Under the pieces are notes generated by a model, which saw only the letters and a list, made by a program, of their open reading frames with translations, ran no database searches and was not told the origin of the DNA. 64,000 nucleotides of DNA. Origin: Octopus vulgaris. Lineage: Eukaryota. A program made the translations under genes and the position numbers. Below are positions 38,370 to 50,870 of this stretch, piece by piece. The stretch is taken from NCBI GenBank assembly GCA_951406725.2, contig OX597824.1:33852001-33916000 (forward strand), read 5' to 3'. Every line of letters begins with the position of its first letter. The stretch's first letter is position 1.

Positions 38370-39095
38370 CTGGAAAAAAAAAATCAACAAAATAGCATAA
38401 GCTTAAATTCCTACAAAAATACTTTTTCTTAGAATGTAGCTGAGAATTTTCAGGAGCTCACTGCCCTTGTACTTAGCATAATTATTATTGTTGTTATTGA
38501 CATCCTCCATAACATAGCCTGTTGCCACAGATTCCTTTATGTTATAAGAATAGAAGGGAGTAATCAGAAACAGTACCAGAACAAATGCCTTGAATTTAAT
38601 TGGTTATAGATCTCATTATACTGAGTTGAGATTTTGTCAACAAAGCAAGTCTTTATAGTGAGATTAATTCAATCCTAATCTTAGAGGTGTAATGTGTCAT
38701 TGTGAGAAATCCTCAACATTATTTAGTAATCAAAGAAATCATTATCATTATCATCATTTAACATTGGATGGTTTGACAAGAGCTGGTAAGGCCAGGAGCC
38801 GCAATAGGTTCCATTGTCTGTTTTGGTATGGTTTCTATAACTGGATTTCCTTCACAAAGCTAACCACTTTACAGAGTGTACTGGGTGTATTTTACATGGC
38901 ACCAGCACAGGTGCTTCTATGTTGCATCAGCACGAGTGCTTTTTACATGGCACCAGTACCCACGAACCTGCAAGACAGGGACCTTGCAGCTGAGAGAGGG
39001 AATGCAGGGGGCACGGCCTTTAAAGGACATGCCTGTATGTATGGGTGTAGCATAATGCAAAATTAAAGAGAATGTTGAAATAAAAGCATGCATAC

Positions 39096-39218
39096 CTTCA
39101 CTTGTTTTGTACGTCCCAAACAGCCTGTAAGTTTGATATTAGTGACATATATTGGAGTATCACCTTGAGGACTATTAACACCTCCAGACACGCTAATTCC
39201 TAAACTTTCAGATGGATC
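39096..39218 (-). CDS. LNX2: LNX-like exon, PDZ3
   Basis: DPSESLGISVSGGVNSPQGDTPIYVTNIKLTGCLGRTKQVK, 123 nt. Confidence 0.93.
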
Positions 39219-39479
39219 CTAAGAAGGAAATGAAAGATAAATATAATTGTTTTGCTTATAAATCACCTTGAATGAAGCCAACATTAAGCCACCCACCCTC
39301 CAAATTTTTTATTTAAAAAAAATTAACTGAATCGCAGAGACAGAGTATTTCATTAGAATTATGGTAGCAAAAGGACTAAAGAAGCTTTCTTATAAGGCAG
39401 CTTCATTGAGGAAAAATATAAATAAGGCTCATAGTTAACTGATAAGGCTTGCTATTAACAAAGCTATTCCTTTTATCTT

Positions 39480-39664
39480 TTATCTTGTACTTGTTTTGTT
39501 CTAGTCATCAGACTCCAGCCATGCTGGGGCACCACCTTGAAGAATTTTTAGTCAAATGAATTGACTCCAGTACTTCTTTTAACAGTCTCTTTTGCAGAAC
39601 CACTAAGTTACAGTGACATAAACAAACCAACACCAGTTATCAAGCAGTGGTGCGGGACACACAT

Positions 39665-39707
<43 letters not shown>

Positions 39708-39870
39708 TACAATGGGTTTCTTTCAGTTTCTGTCTACCAAATCAACTCACAAGCCTTTGGTTGGCTCAAAGCTATGGTAGAAGGCACCTGCCCAAGGTGC
39801 CATAGAATGTGATTGAACCTAGAACAATGTGGTTGGGAAGCAAACTTCTTACCATGCACCCATGCCTGTG
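39480..39870 (-). mobile_element. SINE family A (older copy)
   Basis: Homology to family A with CpG decay. Confidence 0.8.
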
Positions 39871-40030
39871 CCTTTCTTTCAATTTTTTTTATTTATATTT
39901 TTTGCCTCACAAAACTTATAATAAATTAAATTTTCGTAGACTTTTCATAAATTTATATGATAGTCAAGATGTTGTTCAAAGTCTCACAAAAACTGTATTG
40001 CAAAAAAGAATTTTTTTTATTGTCACTAAC

Positions 40031-40204
40031 CTTTTGGATTGCTAGTTCCCTCTCAAGGAATTTTCTACAAGGTGTTAACTTGCAAGTATCACTATCAGAT
40101 GATGTATTTTTCAGAGAAAATTCATTGCCTGTTGAACGAATAAGATCAGGAGTTTGTGGACGACTTTTTCTGCATACTACAAATTCTACTTCATCGCCAC
40201 TTTT
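40031..40204 (-). CDS. LNX2: LNX-like exon, end of PDZ2 and linker
   Basis: KSGDEVEFVVCRKSRPQTPDLIRSTG...FLERELAIQK, 174 nt, open frame, AG/GT bounded. Confidence 0.88.
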
Positions 40205-41369
40205 CTGAAAGCAAAAAAAGGGGAAAAAAAAATTAATGTTTAGGAATGTAAAGAGTAAAACACCCTTTTATTGTGTTAAGTCAAAAGTTTTGCAATATTT
40301 TGGTTACATATTTGCTTTATTTATCAAATTACAAACAAAAGCATCCTAGCATTCAAAACATAGGCCATTGTGTTGTACTGTCTGAAGCCACCTTTCTACT
40401 AGTTCTTTGATCCCATACTGATACAAGTTCTTGTCCTTCAAGCTGAAGAACTCCTTCACTGAAACTTCCACCTCCTCTTGGTTTGTCAGATGTCCTGAGC
40501 ACAGAGAGTAAGCTATGAATCAGAACAAGTAATAATCCAAGGGAGCTAGGCCCAGACTATATGCTGGGTATGGCATCAGTTTGATTCCCTCAATTCCTGG
40601 AGATTATTTCAGGTCTTGTGTTGTCTTGCTGCAGAACACCTTGCTTTCTGTTAACCAATGCCAGGTATTTTTGCTATACAATGGCATACATTCAGTCTAG
40701 CTGTTCAGAGCCCAGGTTGGCATCAATGATTCAACCATCTGGAACAAACTCATAGTGAATTATCCCATCATAATTCCACCAGATGCAGAGTATCACCTAG
40801 TGTTTGAAACACCCATGTTTGGCAACAGGTTCCAGAAGTTGGCCCTTACTTAACCATTGCTTATGCATGTTAGGATTGAGGAAAAATATCTCCCTCGAAT
40901 TATTACTTGTTCTGATCCATGGCTCACTTCCCAGACTCGCAATGCTTCAATCAAGAGAAGGAGGAAGCTTCAGTGAAGAAGTTCTTCAACTCAACTTGTA
41001 TCTTCTTTCAAGTTTGTTTTAAGTTCTTGCCGTGTGATAAGGCTCATATAAAGAACAAATATCAGTTCTATCACCTGAGATTTGAAACTGCACCTCAGAA
41101 TTACTGGTCACACAGTTTGCGGTAGGAAAAATTTCTTTATCCTGTCAATTAAAGCAATGATTGATGAGTTTTTAATGACCACCTAGGTGAAATTAAGTTC
41201 AGATGAACTGGATCTTGTCCAGCTTTCTATCAGCTGCAGACTGTTATAAATATGTAGGCACTGATGAGCCAAAGGGGTCAGGTCCCTGTTAACGATTGTC
41301 ACAGCCTGTTGCAGACAGCTTTTGGGGCTGAACAAGAAATGATGTCACTGGGTCAAACAAATACTAATG

Positions 41370-42950
41370 TACTGCAATGCTGCGACGTCACCTTCAAAAT
41401 AAGCGCAACTATGCCTCCCCTGGTCTCGATGGAGTTACATACCTGCTTCTCAAACGTGGCAGGCACTTCCTTTTACACCAGCTTTCTATTTTCTTCCAGT
41501 ACTGTCTCAACAATGGTGCTACTCCGGAGCAGTGGAAAACTGCCAGTGTCATTCCTCTGTTCAAAAAGGGCGACCGCACATCACCTGTCAACTATCGCCC
41601 AGTCAGTCTCACTAGCTGTATTGCAAAACTGATGGAATCGTGTGTCAGAGAAACACTCTGGAACTTCTGGAGCTCTCACAGTCTCATCCGACCCTCACAA
41701 TATGGATTTGTCCCTAACTCCAGCTGCAGTGACCAGCTTGTCGAGTTCCTTGAGGACATTACTCAGATTACTGACAGTGGCTCATGGGTGGATGTTGTCT
41801 ACCTTGACTTTGCTAAGGCTTTCAACTCTGTGCCACACAAAAGGCTTATGGTGAAACTCTCTGCAATGGGTGTGGGGGATGACCTTTTTAACTGGTTGAA
41901 ATCCTTCATCCTCAGCCGAAAGGAGGTAGTCACAGTTCTAGGACAGCACTCTACACCATATGAGATGTCATCGGGTGTACCACAGGGATCTGTCCTTGGC
42001 CCCCTCTTGTTTGTGGCATACATTAACGACATAGATGCCAATTTAAAGAATGCCACAGTATTGAAATATGCAGACGACATCAAGCTGTACCTTGAAATCA
42101 AGAGGACAGATCCTGATGTCTACAACTCTTTCCTGCAATCAGACCTAGACACAATGCAGCAATGGATCACAGACTGGCAACTGAAACTGGCTGTGGACAA
42201 GTGTACCACCATGCATTTTGGGAGAAAAAACCCTGCGTTCACATACTCCCTCCACAACACTGATATCAAGAAATCCTCTTGCGAGCGTGACCTAGGCATC
42301 ACTGTCAGCAGTGATTTGCGTTGGTCAAAGCATATCTCTAAGATTGTCAGGAAGGCCGAGGGTGTCTTGGCATCACTCAGCAGGTCTTTTGTTAGCCGCT
42401 CTCCAGCCATCTATTTAAAACTGTATACAGCTATGGTACGACCACACTTGGAATTCGCATCATCAGTTTGGAACCCCTATCTTGCACAGAACATTGACCT
42501 CCTGGAATCTGTCCAGAGACGTGCAACCAAACGCATACCCTCCATCAGACACCTACCATATTCTGAGCGCCTTGTTTCCCTGGGCATGGATTCACTGAAG
42601 CTCCGGCGTTTGGCGACGGACTTGGTAAACACCCACAAAGTTATCAACCACCTCACCAACAACAACACTGAACACCTTTTTGATCTCCATGTGTCTAACA
42701 CACGTGGACATGCCTACAAAGTCAGAAAACAATACAGCTCCCATGACTTTCGGAAACATTTTTTCACGCTCAGAGTTGCTGAAGCATGGAATAAACTGCC
42801 TGCGTCAGTTGTTGACTGCCATGACACTGCATCTTTTAAGGCCCTCATGCTTTCCGAAATCCGCCGAAACTTCACCTGATTATATATACACTTTAGATGA
42901 GTTGTAGTGCACCTGAGCACTGTACACAATTATTATTATTATTATTATTA
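41370..42950 (+). mobile_element. 5'-truncated CR1/L2-clade LINE with open RT ORF (41377-42879)
   Basis: 500-aa ORF with NYRPVSLTS, YLDFAKAF, GVPQGSVLGP, YADD, RDLG and VRPHLEF. Short 3' UTR with hairpin gtgc-acctga-gcac and an (ATT)n tail. Lies antisense inside an LNX intron. Confidence 0.93.
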
Positions 42951-43322
42951 AGCATCTATCCTTTCTCCCCCACTCATTTGTTTCTCACTGACATTCATCT
43001 ACTCACACTTGATTAATTTTTCTAATTATCATGCCTACCACATTTACAGATTACTCTTTCTATCACATCTGCCACACATCCTTTCCTCAGTAGTAGTTTC
43101 ACAAGGCTAAGTAGATTGTCAACAAATGCACAGTTAAAATTGTTGATTTTCATTGATCTGACGTGGTTGACCAACACATCATTGTCAGATTTTCAAGCCT
43201 CTTCATTACAGATACTTAATTCTTAATATTTACCATTACATGTGAGTACTATTTCAATACCTCTGTCAACATATTCATTATACTTTTTAATGGTCTTCTT
43301 TCATTCATTCCTATTTATGAGT

Positions 43323-44482
43323 CTCTAATAAAAACGTGTGTGTGTATGTATGAATGTATGTGAATGTTTGAGAGGAAGTTTCGTTATTTTTAAACCTCAC
43401 CCTGTGTAAATAAGATACAAATATTGTCATCATAATACAATCACCTGTCTCATTATTATTTTCATACTATTTTATTTAATTAAGATTCGTCCATGGAATA
43501 GTAATACAGATTCCTCAGCAATTTCAAGTCAATAGCAAAGAGGATTTGATCAACCATGTCTATGAAAATTTAGAGGTTAATTTTAACAATGCCCAATGGT
43601 TATCCTCACGAGCAATATTAACAACAAAGAATGAAGAAGTTGACAATCTAAATAACCACATAATCCAGAAATTTCCAAGTGAAACATATACTCTGAGGAA
43701 CATTGATTCCGTTGCAGAAGATCAACAATCTGCACTCTATCCTCCTGAATCTCTGACTTCTCTTAATATAAGTGGCATGCCACCTCACATTATCAAATTA
43801 AAAACAGGTGTTCCTATAACGTTGCTAAGAAACTTAAATCAGAGAAATGGGCACTGCAATGGCGCATGTTATAGAGTGTTATCGGTGTCAGATAATATGA
43901 TCACTGCAAGTAAAATAACTAGTGCAGGATGCATACTTTAGATTCCCTGCATTATTCTGCAACCATCTGATACCGATTTGCCCTCTACTATGAAAAGATA
44001 CCAATTTCCAGTGAGACCTGGTTTCACAATGTCTATAAGCAAAAGTCAAGGACAAAGCCTTTCTAAGTGCAGCATCTACATGCCTGCACCCGTATTTACT
44101 CATGGCCAGTTATATGTCGCTCTTAGTAGAGTTGGGGATCCAGTGAATCTTAAAATATTTGCTGATCAAAAAGAATTTACCAGATCAGGAACAAGTAGAC
44201 GTCATAATGAAAATGCAAGAAGACTTACGCATAATGTATCTACATGGAAATAGTGTAAATAAGGATATGCTGCCTATGTAAAAAGTACAGATTTGCTTAA
44301 TATTTTCTTTGTTATTTTATCACTGATTTTGTAAAGTATTTGCATAACTAAGAATATGTAAATATATTATCAAATTATATCTTTTTTATATATATTATCA
44401 AATTATATCTTTTGTGTATTTCCCAAACAAATGCTATTCTAAGCATAGCATTATTTTTCCTTATTGATGGGTCATGTACTAG
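43323..44482 (+). mobile_element. Helitron remnant with Pif1-like helicase fragment
   Basis: ORFs 43546-43941 and 43978-44253 contain RAILTTKN, PPHIIKLKTGVPITLLRNLN, QFPVRPGFTMSISKSQGQSL and VFTHGQLYVALSRV, broken by a stop. A TC start and CTAG end are plausible. Confidence 0.85.
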
Positions 44483-44819
44483 CTCATTATAAAATTAAAC
44501 AAGGAAAGAACTGTTAACTTTCATAATGAGATATAATAAATGAAGGCACCATGTAAAAAACACCTGTGCTGATGCCATGTATAAAGCACCCATGCTGGTA
44601 CCACATAAAAAGCACCCAGTACACTCAGTAAAGTGGTGGACATTAGGAAGGGTGTCAAGCTGTAGAAACCATACCAAAATAGACAATTGGAACTTGGTGC
44701 AGGTCTCCAGCCTGCTAGCTCCTGTCAAGCCAGCCATCCCATGCCAGCATGGAATACAGACATTAGATGATGATGATGATGATGATGATGAAAGAAAAAG
44801 AACAAAAAATGCAACCCAC

Positions 44820-44936
44820 TTGAATATAAAAGGCAGCTTCTTCTTGAGATCCATATGAAACATCCTGTCCATTAATTTCCAGCACCTGATCATCTGGTTT
44901 TAAACGGCCATCAATAGCAGCCAAGCTTTGACTAAT
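44820..44936 (-). CDS. LNX2: LNX-like exon, PDZ2
   Basis: ISQSLAAIDGRLKPDDQVLEINGQDVSYGSQEEAAFYIQ, 117 nt. Confidence 0.93.
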
Positions 44937-45189
44937 CTAAAGACAAAATCAACACAACAATATATGTATATACAACAATCAGATATAAAAATAAAACAGG
45001 GAAAATATCGCTAACATGATAATGAAATTCATTAAAGTGATATCTAGTTATATAATCCATCTCTTTTTGTTCGTATTTATACAAAATATGAACAGAAAAT
45101 AAAAAAGAACATCACTATTATGACTTAGAACCAAGCAGACCACAATGATTTACCATTAAACTATCAAAGGAAATAAATCAATCACTTAC

Positions 45190-45220
45190 CAGGTTTAGGA
45201 TATAGACTCCAGGACCATTT
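45190..45220 (-). CDS. LNX2: LNX-like 31-nt microexon, PDZ2
   Basis: tttcag|A AAT GGT CCT GGA GTC TAT ATC CTA AAC CTG|gtaagt encodes NGPGVYILNL (LNX EPGVFILDL). It is required to keep the frame. Confidence 0.9.
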
Positions 45221-45314
45221 CTGAAAGTGTAAAATAAAAAAACAATAATAAAATTTTCATCATCAATACTGATTACATTTTGATCTGGCAAACAACTTCA
45301 TCAGTAGTTTAACC

Positions 45315-45594
45315 CAGTGGTTCTCAATCAGGAGTCAATACAACTCCTGGAAGTCCATATAATATTTTCTTTTGTTAAAAATTTAAGTACAATAAATTGC
45401 TTATACTTCAACAATAAATTGTTTATACTTCCACAATACACATAATATATTAACAATTTTTTAATACAATTCCTAATAATACTTAACTATAAAAATATAG
45501 CAATATTTTTTAAACATCGAATGCCTATGAGGATCCACTTAAGTAAAACAGGAATTAAAGGGATCCATAGGTAAAAAATGGTTGAGAACCACTG
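45315..45594. mobile_element. hAT MITE
   Basis: TIRs cagtggttctcaa and ttgagaaccactg. 8-bp TSD gtttaacc/gattaacc. Confidence 0.75.
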
Positions 45595-46019
45595 GATTAA
45601 CCAAACACTAACAAATGCCATTGAAAACTTAAGTATGTCCACAGAATAGCACAATATTTTTGCTAGAAACCAATATTAGTACTGTTAGAAATCAATAATT
45701 CTGTAATTCAGAAAAGAGAAATTAATGTAAATATAGAACCAATGTTCAGCTTTGTCCAAACTTTTTATCTGATCTACTAGGTTTCTATCTTCGATAATTT
45801 GATGGCAACAGGAATCAATGATGAAATCAAACTGTAATTTTTTCCAACCTTACAGAATAAATGACATATCTGTCATGCTCTAAATTCAATTCACACCTCA
45901 ATCACCAACTTTTGAAAGGATTGATCAGCTGTCAAGCATCCACACACAAAATATATAAATATATCCAATGCAACAGCAAAATCTCTCTCAACAGATTCTT
46001 TATAATTCCTCTGAACATG

Positions 46020-46698
46020 GCAGATGCCAGTGCCACCTTGACTGGTGTCCGTGTTGGAGACACGTAAAAGCATCAACTAATCGTGGCCGTTTGCCAGCCT
46101 CCTCTGGCCCCTGTTCTGGTGGCACGTAAAAAACACCCACTACACTCACGGAGTGGTTGGCGTTAGGAAGGGCATCCAGCTGTAGAAACACTGCCAAACC
46201 ATACTGGAGCCTGGTGCAGCCTCCATGGCTTACCAGACCCCGGTCGAACTGTCCAACCCATGCTAGCATGGAAAACAGACGTTAAATGATGATCAATGGA
46301 AATTGTAGCTGTGATACCAGTGTCGGTGGCACGTAAGAGAACCATCCGAACATGGCCGTTGCCAGCGCCACCCCGACTGGCCTCCGTGCCGGTGGCACGT
46401 AAAAAGCACCATCCGATTGTGGCTGTACCAGCCTCGTCTGGCCCCCGTGCCGGTAGCACGTAAAAAGCACCATCCGATCGTGGCCGTTTGCCAGCCTCGT
46501 CTGGCACCTGTGCAGGTGGCACATAAAAAGCACCCACTAGACTCTCGGAGTGGTTGGCATTAGGAAGGACATCAAGCTGTAGAAACACTGCTAAACCAGA
46601 CTGCAGTCTGGCGCAGCCTCCATGGCTTACCAGACCTTGGTCGAACCGTCCAACCCATGCTAGCATGGAAAGCAGACATTAAATGATGATGATGATGA
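46020..46698 (+). mobile_element. Two tandem family-C elements
   Basis: Two tails (about 46290 and 46698), each preceded by a variable number of ~60-bp units. Confidence 0.8.
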
Positions 46699-46729
46699 TA
46701 TCCTTACAATCAAGCAAAAGTCTACTTAC

Positions 46730-46796
46730 CGTTTACCAACAAGTTTAATCCCCAGTTGTTTCCCTCTCCTTTTCGTCAATGTAATTTTTAATATTT
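46730..46796 (-). CDS. LNX2: LNX-like exon, start of PDZ2
   Basis: EILKITLTKRRGKQLGIKLVGK, resembling LNX QLGIKLV, 67 nt. Confidence 0.92.
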
Positions 46797-47044
46797 CTGA
46801 AAATAAAATATTGCATAATTAATAGAAACAGTGGAATTAAAATGACAGGTTATTTTCAACTTTGTTATATTTTGTCTTAGTAGTTACATATTTTGGTTCT
46901 GCAGCTTTTCTTTACATATATTCTTGTGGCCCAATTAGACATAATGTGAAAGCGCCTAGCTTAGGGATTAAGGTATTCAGCTCATGATCATAAGGTCATG
47001 TGTTTGATTCCCAGAGATGCATTGTGTCCTTGAGCAAGACACTC

Positions 47045-47420
47045 TTTACTTTTACTCGTTTAAGTCATTTGACTGTGGTCATGCCGGAGCAAATCGAGCA
47101 AATCGACTCCAGGACTTATTCTTTGTAAGCCTAGAACTTATTCTATCAGTCTCTTTTGCTGAACCGCTAAGTTACGAGGACGTAAACACACCAGGATTGA
47201 TTGCCAAGCAATGTTGGGGGGACAAACACAGATACACAAACAAACATATACACACACACACACATACATACACATGACCGGCTTCTTTCAGTTTCCGTCT
47301 ACCAAATCCATTCACAAGGCTATAGTAGAAGACACTTGCTCAAGGTGCCACGCAGTGGCACTGAACCCAGAACTATGTGGTTGGTAAGCAAGCTACTTAC
47401 CACACAGCTACTCCTGTGCC
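47045..47420 (-). mobile_element. SINE family A
   Basis: Homology to family A. Inserted into a family-D SINE spanning about 46950-47630. Confidence 0.8.
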
Positions 47421-47657
47421 TTTATTTCTTATTGCTCCAGTTCACTCTGCTGGCAAAAATGAGTTGTATTTCAAAGGGCCAACCTAGTCACACAGAATCT
47501 CCCTGAGAACTATGTCATGGTTACACATATCTGTGTCGTGCTCAGCCACTTGCATGTCAATTTCAAGAACAAGCTGTTCCATTGATCAGATCAATTGGAA
47601 CCCTTGTTGTAACTGATGGAGAGCCAGATTTTATTTGAATTTGTAAGTTGAAATTAC

Positions 47658-47787
47658 CTTCCTTCTCAACAGGTCGGATATCTTCAGCTTTTTCCCGATA
47701 TACTGTGAGACGACACAATGAAGAATAACAATTCAATGCTTGTTGTGCTTCATAATGCGTGGCCATGCTCAAATCTTCACCATTCAC
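47658..47787 (-). CDS. LNX2: LNX-like exon, end of PDZ1
   Basis: VNGEDLSMATHYEAQQALNCYSSLCRLTVYREKAEDIRPVEKE, 130 nt. Confidence 0.92.
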
Positions 47788-48095
47788 CTGTTAAAATTAA
47801 AGAAAAAAAAAACAATCAATAAAATAAGTACCAGTTGAGCAGCAGGGGGTCAATGTAATTGACTTACCCCCTCCCCAAAATTGCTGGCCTTGTGCCAAAA
47901 TTTAAAAATAGATATTAATAATAATAATAATAGTTCTATTTGTATATAAAGAGAGACTGTAATTATTAAAAAGTAAAAAGGAATTATTAAAATAACTACT
48001 TCAGTTTTTCATAAAGCGTGTTTGAAACCCATTTCTGTTTATATAAACTTTCTGGATAAAACACCAAAGTAATATTTTATCAGCTCTCAATACTA

Positions 48096-48138
<43 letters not shown>

Positions 48139-48149
48139 GTAATAATAAT

Positions 48150-48608
48150 AATCTTCTCTACTATAGGCAGAGGGCCTGAAATTTGGTAAAGGGTTTATGT
48201 CGATTACATCGACCACAGTGTTCAATTGGTATTTAATTTATCAACCCCAAAAGAATGAAAGGCAAAATCAACCTTAGCTGAATTTGAACTCAGAACATAA
48301 AGACAAACAAAATGTTGCTAAACATTTTACCTGGCATGCTAACGATTCTGCCAGCTCACCATCTTAATACATAAAATAATAATCCTTTCTACTATAGGTA
48401 CAAGGCCTGAAATTTGGTGGGAGGGGACTAGTCAATTACATTGCCCGCACTCCCCAGTGCATAACTGGTACTTATTTCATTGACCCTGAAAGGATTAAAG
48501 ACAAAGTCGACCTCGGTGGAATGTGAACTCAGAACATAAAGACAGATAAAAAAAAAACACTAAACATTTCGCCTGGAATACTAACAATTCTGTCAGCTCA
48601 CCACCTTA

Positions 48609-48653
<45 letters not shown>

Positions 48654-48755
48654 CTTTTCTACTATAAGCACAAGGCCTGAAATTTGCAGGGAGGGGACTG
48701 GTCAAATACACCAATCTCAGTGTTTCACTGGTACTTAATTTATCAACCCCAAAAA
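48150..48755 (-). mobile_element. Three tandem family-B SINEs separated by (AAT)n
   Basis: Repeated ttctactataggcacaaggcctgaaattt tails, each next to an (AAT)n tract. Confidence 0.75.
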
Positions 48756-49345
48756 GGCTTTAATACATTCCCAGAATATATAGATTTTAGGTGGAAATAC
48801 TAATAAGGTATATATACTAAAATCGTGAAACATGTTACGTAATAACAGGCTAATCAGATATGAGATAACAATTCAAAGTAATTAACTGTGAAAAAAAGCT
48901 TTTGTGTGTTCCCAGAGAATATTACCCTCAGCAGTGCTAGAGTTGTTATATTCGTGAATAAATCACTAACCAAAATAAGTGGATTTATTGTTTAGGAGAA
49001 TACTATTTACTTGTTTAAGTGTTGTATTGGATAAATTGAGAAAATAACTAAAATAGTTCAAATACTAAGAAATAAGCATACTGAAAAATGAATGGGTTAT
49101 TTCCCTTGGAAGCTTAAAATAATTACTCCCACTGTTCACTCATGCCCAAATGTTATTCCTCCCGCTATTTACCCGAACATTTTTTCGAAATCAATTTATA
49201 CATAAAACCTCCCCAGACATATAAGCAATGTGCGTTGAAGTTTAAGAAAAATTGGTCAAGCAGTTTTGGCGCAAAACAAGAGCATACCGATACACACAGA
49301 CAGACATTTTCAGTTTTAATATGTAAGATAATAATAATAGTAATA

Positions 49346-49740
49346 ATACAGTTCTATATTTACATTATTTACATTTGACAGATATTTGTCCTCGTCTTGT
49401 TTACTGTTAACACAACGTTTCGGCTGATATGCCCTCCAGCTTTCATCAGGTGTCTTGGAGAAATTTTGAACCGGGTTCTCATTCCTAAAGTATTTTTCGA
49501 TGTTATTATTATTATTATTATCCTTATTATTCAGGTCACTGCCTGGAATCGAACTCAGAATCTTGGGGTTAGTAGCCCACGCTCTTAACCACTATGCCAT
49601 ATGCTCATGGGCATACCTTAGGAATAAGAACCAGGTTTGAAATTTCCCCAAGCTACCTGAAGAAGGCTGGAGGGTATATCAGCTGAAACGGTGTGTTAAC
49701 AACAAACAAGATGAGGACAAATATCTGTCTAATGTAAATA
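49346..49740 (-). mobile_element. tRNA-headed, hammerhead-bearing retroelement with inverted terminal copy (copy 2)
   Basis: Same architecture, inserted in an (AAT)n tract. Head 49537-49604 with A box TGGCATAGTGG and B box GTTCGATTC. HHR motifs at 49409-49454 (-) and about 49652-49697 (+). Confidence 0.7.
49409..49454 (-). ncRNA. Minimal hammerhead ribozyme motif
   Basis: GACAC-CTGATGA-AAGCTG-gagggcatat-CAGCC-GAAACGTT-GTGTT. Stem I is GACAC/GTGTT and stem III is palindromic (AACGTT). Confidence 0.65.
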
Positions 49741-50839
49741 ATAATAATAATAACTAGCTGGACCCACGAAAAATTCATGGAAAATGTGAAAAAATGTAAG
49801 CATCCGTAAATTGTGAGCTGGTGCCATGAGAAATGTTTCTATATTGTGACAGTTAAAGGAAGCAAGCTGGCAGAATCGTTAGCACACCGGATGAAATGCT
49901 TAGTGGTATTTTGTCTGTCTTTACATTCTGAGTTCAAATTCTGCCGAAGAAGGAATGGTGAAGGGAGAGGAGAGAAAATAGTAATTCAGTGAAGGAGAAG
50001 TAGTAAGAGTAATAGCCATGACAGAGAGGGAGTGAGAGAAAGTAATAACAATGAAAGAGAGGAAGTAGCAAAGAGAGTGTCATGTATCTTCTACTATGAT
50101 AATAATCTTGTGTATTTTTCCAGCACAACATATGCATGGGAAAGGAAGGGGTGATCCACTGATGGAAGTGGGATGGTAAAAAGTCAACAGTGAAACAAAA
50201 ATCAAACAGTGTTTCAACTCTGTGAGAGTATATGTGTCCATGTGAAAGGGAGCAATGTGAATGTTTGTGTGTATATGTGTGTGTTTGTGTAAAATATATT
50301 TATATATTTGAGTGAGTGCATATGTTTATTTAGAAAGATACATAGAAAATAGAATTACAGACACATGCACATTTACACATATATACATGTATAAACAGAC
50401 ACGTTTAAAAAGGAAGGAAGCGGGTTGTGTCAAAGTGTAGAAAACTGCATTTGCTACAGACTGTGCAACTCATACATATAAATGTATGCATATGCTCGCG
50501 CATGCCCACACACATAGAGTTGAAGCACTGTTTGATTTTTTTTCACCTTTTTGTACCCTTTTATATACGACAATTAGCTGTCATTTTTGACAGCACGGGG
50601 CCAGTTAGTATAATAATAATGGTTTCCAATTTTGGGAGAAGGCCAACAATTTCAGGGGAAGGGATAAATCAATTACATTGACCTCAATGATCAACTGTTA
50701 CTTATTTTATCAAAACTTTAAGGATGAAAGGCTAAGTCGACCCCAGCAGTATTTGAATTCAGAATGTAAAGTTTGAAAAATGCCGCTAACCATTTTTTTC
50801 TAGCACAGTAACAATTCTACCAGCTCACCACCTTATGAA

Positions 50840-50870
<31 letters not shown>

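Noticed and set aside
40380-41360. GC-richer stretch upstream of the LINE, possibly its 5' part or another retroelement
   Set aside because: No endonuclease or RT motifs are recognisable in any frame. Left unannotated.
43546-44253. Host PIF1 helicase gene
   Set aside because: It is intronless, covers only the C-terminal part, has an in-frame stop, and its motifs are Helitron-type. It is a transposon remnant.
46315-46540. Regularly spaced ~60-bp repeats resembling a CRISPR array
   Set aside because: The context is eukaryotic, the spacers are homologous to each other, there are no cas genes, and the units belong to a dispersed repeat.
48760-49328. Helentron/HINE-like remnant (acacacagacagacattttcagttttaatatgtaagat end)
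   Set aside because: Only a generic terminal resemblance. Boundaries and subterminal repeats could not be verified.
49537-49604. Functional tRNA gene (anticodon ACT)
   Set aside because: The acceptor stem is not convincingly paired and the segment is embedded in a repeated composite element. It is treated as a SINE head, and the same applies to the other A/B-box heads.
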